NCBI GenBank assembly: GCA_012295275.1
Contig: CM022665.1
Location: forward strand, 6,882,001-6,946,000
DNA length: 64,000 nt
Reading direction: 5' to 3'
Origin: Chrysomallon squamiferum
Taxonomy: Eukaryota > Animalia > Mollusca
Shown here piece after piece: positions 55,404 through 64,000 of this stretch. A program made the position numbers and the translations under genes. The notes beneath the pieces are model-generated. The model did no database searches, had not been told where the DNA came from, and was given only the letters and a program-made list of their open reading frames with translations. The first letter of the stretch is position 1; each line of letters starts with the position of its first letter.

Positions 55404-56164
55404 GTGTTTTTCCATAATGTTGGTATTTTCTTTCTCTAAGACTGTGGATAACAACAATGTTGTGCAGAAGGGAACAGATGAGCTGTAAACGACATAATAT
55501 ATCTTGTGTGAATGATATACGATCCCCTAGCTGTAATACAGTGTTTATGTGTTCTCTTATTACAGACACTCTGTCTGGGAAAAAGAAAATATAGATAAGA
55601 CTTGCAGAATCCAACAGAGCAATATTAACACTAGAATGACTGCGGGTTTAGAATATCAGCAAGTAAAAAAGAAAAGAAAGCAAGAAAGAAAAAGAAAAGA
55701 AATTAACAGTATTCAAAATAAAAGAACGAAAAGAAGGAACAAGATAGGGGGGAAAAAAAGAAAGAAAAAAGTCTGTCTAAGAGATAATAAATAAAGATCT
55801 GAACGTTGTTTAAAGTGGGGGTGAAAAAAAGTAAACATTTCTGGAACAACCTTGATATAATTACCTAGAGTCTAGGTGAATGAGATTTGACGAAACAAAA
55901 GACGGAGGTTTGGTTTCTTTGCTAACTGCTCTTTCAGCTTTTGCTACATCGTTGAAGTGATACTTAATGCTGAAAACAGCGTCTGTCTGTGTTAGTTTAC
56001 AACAGTATTGTTTCTAGTGGTGTACTAATAACGACGCTAGTACAGTCTAAACAACTAGCTCCTTGAGTAACTTAGTCGACTCAATGTATTTCCGTTAACA
56101 GGAATTAGTAACTGAATACATTTCCTACAACATTTTCAGTGGATGTAATGATCCAACGTCAACC

Positions 56165-57161
56165 ATGCTGATAATCATAAAGGTACGTTTAGTTTTTCTT
56201 GAAACTTTCCACAATTAAAGGTTTGTTAATAATATACAGAATTTCATTAACATTAAAAAATATTCAATCGTATTATACGGTTTGTTAAATTTTTTAAACA
56301 CTTTATGTTAAACTAAAGGCTTCTAAATAATCGCTAAATAAAACTGCGTAGAAGGGAAATCTGTTAATTTCAAAATATTTTCATGACAATGTGCACTGTA
56401 AAACAACGCGTACACAACCACGAAAACGTTGTTGACACCAGTCCACAGTGTGCATGGATTGCAACTGCCCCATATGCTCATGCTTTAAGATGGCCCTGGT
56501 TAGAGCGAGATATACCCGTTTTAAAGAAACCAATGAGTACAATTTTGGTACGGGAGATATAACTGAAGAGTTATGCAAGTAAAGATTCCCGACATGTAAG
56601 TTTAATTCACATATATATTTGTTTATTTGATTTTCATTATTTATATTTTTCGTAAATAAATCGGTATTTTTCATTACATTACTATAGGCAAAGTAGTTGC
56701 TAAGAAACGTTATTTATTTAAATAGTATTATTTTTAAAGGTATGAGGTTATCAAGGGTTTATATCATTGTATTTAACTAGTTGTGTTCTCTACTTGCTTC
56801 TCATTTGATCGAATGTATTTTTGAAAATATTACGGGTATCTAAATCAAATTAACCTACGTTAAAGCACTGAGAATAATTTTTAAAACATGTCTAGAACAG
56901 ACGACTTTTTATAATAATCATCGAAACATCATATTTCTCATTGGGAATTAACAGTATTCTAGAACTCTTGAACCCATTATTTTCATATACAAATAGAATT
57001 CAGAGGCCGATGAAGCAAAAGAGGCAATATACTGCTCAAGTCATTTTTTTTTTTTTTAGGTATCTAGAAGATACCTATCCATCAGCCACTGTCAGTGTTC
57101 CCCAAATATCAGTTTAATTATTTTTCCAGCCATTGTTAAAAATTCCAAAGTTTTCAGCAGG

Positions 57162-57247
<86 letters not shown>

Positions 57248-60200
57248 AAAATTATGTACTGATTTATTATTAGACTGTCACTATATTCTATTACAGTTAT
57301 AACTGAATTTTACTCAAATTAATAAACGCACTGCACGACACAACAGAGTTTTGTATTCCAATCACGAGAAGGAAGGAAAGAGCAACGCTTACACTATTTT
57401 ATATACAACATCTAAACGCTGGTATGCTTAATAGGTTGCGACTAGCTGTTCGTTTATACATTTATTAAATTTATAAAAATTAAATTATATTCTCTGGCAT
57501 CTTTTTATTTTCTCAAAATGATCGTAGGCATATCACTGAAAAACAATTAACAACAACAACAAGTATAAAAAGAAGAAAAAAAAAGAAAGAAAAACAAAAT
57601 TCAGTAAGAGTAATCGTCTTTGTTTTATCGACAAACAACTTTTTCACTCTAAATGTGTTATTGTAACAAAACGCAGCTGCTGATAAATTGAGTTTTCCCT
57701 TGCATTAAACAAGTAGCAGACATTTCAGGCACTTTGCCAAAATGGCTGTGAACTTTGCTGGTGAATATTCCCACACCAACATCATGCACTACCAGTCAAG
57801 TTTCGCCGTGTTCATGTAGATAAATGCCGGGAAATAAATAGTTTCCTAAATCTATTTAATAAGTAATTAATTATCACTTGAGCTAATACATTCTCAGTAC
57901 TTAATAACAACTGACATCATACGAGGCCATAAAATCAATGAAGGAAAGAAGAAATATTTTATTTAACGATGTACGTAATTAATTTGTAACCCAAGGTTTT
58001 ATATAAGAATAACTATAAGACCTTGGATAATTATATTAAGAGTTTTGATAATAATGCGTAAGGACCATAAACATAATGAGAATAGAAACCCGCAACCAAA
58101 TCGCGGTGGTCTACTTTTGTTTTCGATTAACGGCAGACACTTTTAAATCGTCTGCGAGGATCTGTGTTGAATGAGAAATTGCCAAAAACTGGAACACCAA
58201 GGTAAGTTGATCCTGCGATATGTCACGTCTTAGTCCATTTCTGTATTCTGTGCTACAGCAGGACACTTCTTTGAGAACTGGAGATTAAAGAGAGGATAGA
58301 ACAGAAGATAACCTGTTTTTTACGTCGACTATGGCTGATAATGGCTTATTACCTGTATCGTCTTTTTACAGGAATCGAGATAAAAATAAATTTTATTTTA
58401 AAACATTTTTCTAACAATTAAAAAAAAAAAAAAAAAAATTATAAAAATACAAATACAAGGAAAATCGATTTACTGTGTACATTTCTTAAAAAATTTTATA
58501 AAATCAATTCGGAAACAATAATTTTTCATATTTATACCACACATAAAAAAACCTAGTCGACAAGAGAAGTTCATGGAGTGACAGCAGCGGGTTTCCTTTC
58601 TTATATTATCAATACATAAACAAATTAATATCCATATGTCTGACACAAAATTTGAATCCTATATACAAAGCTTTAAAAAATTAGTCATTTCTGAGATATG
58701 ATAATCACATTGTTTAAACCAGTTCTATTTTCGATTATATTATTTCTTTAAAGCACAGATTCCTAACGTCCTTGGGGTGGGATTTCTACCAGATAAAAAA
58801 TGCAACAGTGATTTGAAACAATGGAATTATTTAGCCTGCCGAAACATACATTTAGTTAATTTTGACTTTTTAATTTTACGAAAAGAAGGTGAAATTTTGC
58901 ACGGCCGCTGATAAAATAATCTTGTTAAACCGTCTGAATTTCATGCTTTGTATCACTAAATCGTTCAACTTCAATCTGTGCTTTAAAGGCTTAAGTTAAT
59001 GTTACCATTAAATTTTTTTTTTTTAAACATTATTTTATCTCTTGTTTTTTTGTTTTTTGTTTTTCCATTTGTTTTAGACTGTGTATCTGATTTTAGCTGT
59101 TGCTCTGCTTGATCGATGTGAAGGTCAGTATTTAAATATCTACTAACATTTTGGATTCTTCGTGTTTCTGTTTTTAATCTTCGAATTTCTTGGGATCACA
59201 AACGAATCTTACTTCTGTTAATTATAATAAGTAATTTGTGTTATTTTCTAGAAATTAGTTTCTAATATTTTTAGTAGGTCTTTTACCTATAAAAGTACTA
59301 GAGCATTTTATTTGAAATTCGAAGATATTCTTTTAATTATTAATGCTGTTAGCTAAAATAATAATGATAATGATAATAACAATAACAACAACAATAACAA
59401 TAATAATGATAATGGTAATGATAATTAATAATGATGACGATAATAATAATTATATTTAATGATGATGATAATGATAATATTTACAATACCAACAACAAAA
59501 TAAATAAATAAATGAAAAAAAAATAATAATAAAAATTGTCGGTGAATGAATTCGTGATAACAAACTTTTTTAAATACTTGAATGTCGGATCACAGAATTT
59601 GTAGACATTCTTACATAATAATAACAAAGTATTTTTTTAACAATAGCATACATCGAATATCTACTGAATACAATTAATAATTATTATTATTACAAGTTTA
59701 TCAGCAATACGTTATCGTTACAGTGGAGGCTAGAAATGCAGTGAAAAAATCGGATAGTTCCTTTGTGACATTTAAAGAACAGAACTCTCCAGAAGTGACG
59801 TTACTGAACTTTGAAAAAAGTAAAGCTGCCACGTCCTATCAGTACGTCCAATCGTCTGACGGTGATCACGGTGGAAGAAACCCGCCTGTAAGTTCTCAGT
59901 ACAACAGCAAACAAAGCTATACGTCATCAAGTGACTCGAGACGACGTGATCAACGCAGACAGCAAACTAGTGAAAGTAAGATTCCATTTGTTTTTCTAAT
60001 ACGATAAATACGTGAAATAACAAGCAGACAGGGGCGGTACCTGGTGGATTTAAGAAATGGGAGGGTCGTATAGTTGTTGCAGGTATATTTTTTTTTTAGA
60101 TTAACTAGAAATGAATCCATGTATATAATTATATTAAAGTGTACCTGTGGCACTATGAATTATAAAATTGCTAATACTTCCAAGTTAAGCTTTTTTTGTT

Positions 60201-63200
60201 TGAACAAGTCATTGTTGCTAATAAAAAGCATGACAGTAAAATAATTGAAAGTAGCTAGCTACCTTACTCCTTCACAAATGGAGTTCTTAACTCATCGCGT
60301 ACATGGTGAACATAACGTAATGACTTAAGAAAAACATGACGTCCCCAGATATTTCATACTGTACACTTTTTGTTTGTTGTTGTTTTATTTCGTTATTAAT
60401 TAAAACTGGACGATAAAATAATAATAATATCTCTATTTATAGGTGATTCTGGTCAAACAAATCCATCTCAAAGAGTGTATCAGTCATCTACGTCATTTGT
60501 TGAAATAAAGGAAGGAGGTTCTGACGACAGCGCTCTACTTCAAGAAGTAGAAAGCAAATCAGCAACCTCGTATCACTATACCAGCCAATCACGTGTTAGT
60601 TCACAATCAGCAACATCGCAGAGGCGACACGAACAACGCCCAATACGTACTCAAACTGGTATGTAAAGATTACTGTCTGTAGGTAAATTCACTTTGCTCC
60701 TTTATTTATTAATTTATAAACAACAAACACATTATTTCAAATAGATTTTGAGCATAAAGTATATACCTCTTCTTTTTTTCTTTTTTTCCCCTTTTGTCAG
60801 GATGCAGTCCCTGCATTGTAAACGGAACATCATACAGAGGTCACTCTCGATTTGAATACACTTCAGGCTGTTACAAGAAGAGGTGTATTTGTAACTGCGA
60901 TGGGTCATACACGTGTCCTTCTGAACATGTAATTAACATATGTTCTGTCGAACAGAGAAAACGAGAACGTCAGCGGCAAGCTGGATCCACGGGTAAAACA
61001 AAAACAAAAACAAAATTAATACGAATTTTTTATTTCAAACAAGTTAATGTTGGTATTGCGATCATCACAATCATCATCGTCGTCGTCATTATCATCAGCA
61101 TCATCTTCATCATCATCATCATCATCATTATTATTATTATATTTATGTTGTATTCAAAAAGAAAATATTATAACTCAATGGCCTGATGTCTTGAGTGTGA
61201 CCGTTCGGCAATTTTCCACTTCAGAAAAATTTCCTACAAAGATATATTCAAAGAATTCCTTGCTGCCAGTCTAAAAGAGTATCCTCTGGAGGAGTGAAAG
61301 CATTTTTTTTTTTCATTACCATCATTTATACTTGCACAATAAAAGTTATAGTAAAAAGTTTCACTGAACATCCATTATTCCATTGCAGTATCCAAAACTA
61401 GATACAGCCAGTCCATGGGTAACCGAGGTGCGTTCAGTCACCAGATGGCTGCTGGTAAACGCGGACAGACGGCGGTGTTTGCCAAGATGGAATATGTGGA
61501 TACACCAGACAGGCAACCAGACAGGCAACAAGACACAAATCCAGTGCTTGAAAGTGAAAGACAAAGACAAACAGAAGCAAGGAGATTAGAAATAGAACGT
61601 CAGAAACTTGCAGAAAACAGAAGATCTGAATCTTCTGGCAGCAGTAAGAAGACCTGTCTTTATTTTATACATTAATAGTAGAAATAGTTGTTGCAATAGC
61701 AATAGCTCTAGTACAGTTGTAGCTGTGGTAATTCTGTCGTTGTAGAAGCATCAGTAGAAGTGGCAGTATAGTAAAAATAAAACTGGTAGTAGTAATATTA
61801 GTCGTAGCAGGTTAGTAGTAGTAGAAGATGTAAAAGTAATAATTGCACTGCAGTTACAAACAGTTTATTGTTTATGTAATTACTTTTTAGCCTGCAGTCC
61901 CTGCATTGTAAACGGAACATCATACAGAGGTCACTCTCGATTTGAATACACTTCAGGCTGTTACAAGAAGAGGTGTATTTGTAACTGCGATGGGTCATAC
62001 ACGTGTCCTTCTGAACATGTAATTAACATATGTTCTGTCGAACAGAGAAAACGAGAACGTCAGAAGCAGGCCGGAACAAGAGGTAACACTGTGGATTATT
62101 TTGGAGAGTAGGGAAGTAAATTAACTTATTTCTTTTAATCACTGTTTTGTTCATCTTAATAACTTAAAAATTATTTTGACAAAAATATAAATTGAACAAC
62201 TGGTTGTTTTTACTGACACTTATATTTTTGTCATAAAGAACTATCATTTTTAAAGCAGGGAATACCATTTAATATCAGATAATTTTAGTACTTACAAAAG
62301 CAAAAATTCCTCGTTTCAATGATATAATTAACTTAATGTTACCAACTTAAGAGGAATGGTTGATACATTTTAGGCTGTTCTCCGTGTGTGGTGAACGGGA
62401 CATCATACAAAGGTCACTCTCGATTCGAGTATACTTCTGGCTGTTACAAAAGGAGATGCATCTGTCATTGTGATGGGTCACACACGTGTCCCTCGCACCA
62501 TACAATCAATATATGCAAAGAACCAGGTCGAGCTGGGAGTCAGGAAGCCAGATCAGCATGTAAGACTTGCAGTGCTAAAGGTAAAATAGTGGAAGGCAAT
62601 TCCTATTTTGATCTCAGAGACGGATGCACCGAGTATAAAAATTGTATTTGTCGATGTAACGGCAGCTGGAGCTGTTCACCAGACAGAGTTGTAAATGTTT
62701 GTGTATCGTCTCAGAATGAATCTGTTTGTAAAGAGTGTGAAGTGTATGGAAGTTTCTACCCTGGAAACAGCAAGTTTAAGTATGAGGAAGGGTGCTATGA
62801 ATACAACTGTGACTGTAATTGTGATGGTTCATGGGTCTGTCCTCCAAACCGTACTAAAGATATCTGCCACACAGGATGTGGAGAATGTGAGGTGCGGGGA
62901 GAGTTCTTTGAAGGTAATGCTTATTTTAAGCAGGAAAGAGGCTGCATTGAATATACATGTTTTTGTCGCTGTAATGGCTCCTGGACTTGTCCAAGTGATC
63001 AGGCTCGAAATATTTGTAGATCTGATAACCAGCCAAGCTGTAATCAGTGTCATGTTTCAGCTCATGAGACGTATCCTGGAAATTCAACTTTTGAGCTCAG
63101 AAAAGGCTGCATTCACTATGAATGTACGTGCAACTGTGATGGAAGCTGGGATTGTCCTGCACAGCTGGCTAAGAATGTTTGTAGAGCAGAACTGCCTAGC

Positions 63201-64000
63201 AGATGTGTGAACTGTCAGGTTGCAGATAATGAATTTTATCCAGGAGATTCAGACTTTGAAATGAGAAAAGGCTGTTTTCACTATCAGTGCAGATGTAATT
63301 GTGATGGTAGCTGGAGCTGCCCAGCTGAAAAGGCCAGAGATGTTTGTAAAGGTGAAGAACCAGGAGGCTGTAAAATATGCAGATTATCTGAAACTGAATA
63401 TTATCGAGGCGAAACCGATTTCGAAATGCGAAGAGGATGCATACATTATCGATGTCACTGCAATTGTGATGGAAGCTGGAACTGTCCTGGTGAGGATGCT
63501 CGAAACGTATGTCTAGGAGAAGTGCCTGGTGGCTGTAGAAGCTGCAAAGTGGACAATGATACTATTTATCCTGGTAATTCACGATTCCAATTAACAAGGG
63601 ACTGCTACAGATACGACTGTGTCTGCCGATGCAATGGTTCTTGGAGTTGTCCTGGCCACACTGGAGTTTACGTTTGTGACTCTGCGTCAAATTTTACAAA
63701 ACAGATTACTTGCACCGACTGCATTCTGGAAGGAAAATCTTACAAAGGTGGTAAGAAATTTGAACTGAATCGTGGATGCTACAATTATCAATGTAAATGT
63801 TCATGTGACGGTAGATGGACCTGTGATACAAATAATGCGAAAAACATCTGCAGCCAACCAAGTACCCCTCCTGAACAATGTAAAAGCTGTGTAGTGAATG
63901 GCAGAGAATATCCTGGAGGCTCAGACTTTCGTATACGGAGAGGTTGTATATCATACCTTTGTAGATGTGCGTGTGATGGTCGCTGGGAGTGCCCAAGCGA
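56165..64000 (+). CDS. Secreted cysteine-rich repeat protein (VWC/FnI/pacifastin-like 8-Cys repeats), 3' end outside the window
   Basis: Exons 56165-56182 (accATG MLIIIK), 59078-59123 (TVYLILAVALLDRCE), 59724-59975, 60443-60658, 60801-60992, 61389-61643, 61891-62082, 62374 to >64000 (open for ~540 codons). All phases match; signal peptide with plausible VEA|RN cleavage; at least 12 Cys repeats. Exon 1 is the least certain. Confidence 0.85.
57173..57244. repeat. (AG)n microsatellite
   Basis: Pure AG run. Confidence 0.97.
57940..58650. mobile_element. Two decayed, oppositely oriented fragments of an interspersed SINE-like repeat
   Basis: 57940-58260 (gaaggaaagaagaaatattttatttaacga...taaggacca...gaaacccgc) and 58550-58650 (gcagcgggtttcct...catatgtctgacac) share a gaaacccgc core in opposite orientation; a related head lies at 52300-52340. 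Resembles an abundant gastropod repeat from memory only. Confidence 0.45.
58752..58982. mobile_element. Non-autonomous DNA transposon (MITE), Kolobok-like
   Basis: TTAA|AGCACAGATT...AATCTGTGCT|TTAA: perfect terminal inverted repeats, TTAA flanks and purine-purine 5' termini; 231 bp, non-coding. Confidence 0.65.
60803..62063 (+). repeat. 171-nt identical exon duplication (60803-60973 = 61893-62063)
   Basis: Base-by-base identity within the coding part; the flanking introns are unrelated. Confidence 0.93.

Noticed and set aside
62695-63996. ORF-track entries 62695-63210, 62829-63053, 63301-63516 and 63706-63996
   Set aside because: Alternative-frame or antisense shadows of the long Cys-repeat exon, which is open from 62376 to the window end.

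Overview
Strongly AT-rich, microsatellite-rich eukaryotic DNA with GT-AG introns; the repeat content looks molluscan/gastropod (inference). Two + strand multi-exon genes can be built by hand. (1) 27306-53385: an R3-type receptor protein tyrosine phosphatase, 50 exons, ~2920 aa: signal peptide, Thr/Ser-rich stretch, ~23 FN3 domains, membrane-proximal Cys domain, TM, one PTP domain and a YxN tail. Its ectodomain is inflated by a near-identical 7-copy genomic tandem array of a ~1.8 kb, 4-exon, 3-FN3 cassette with frame-preserving phase-1 modules, mosaic variants and one frameshifted exon; its WPD loop reads WRD. (2) 56165 to beyond 64000: a secreted protein with at least 12 copies of an 8-Cys repeat (CxxC...GC..Y.CxCxC[DN]GSWxCP.......C), whose main ORF is absent from the ORF track because it runs off the window. 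The first ~27 kb is mostly non-coding: microsatellites, hairpins, a decayed Academ-like (XPG-domain) DNA transposon and weak traces of a minus-strand gene. All exon models were read manually from splice signals and frame continuity; no database searches were run.
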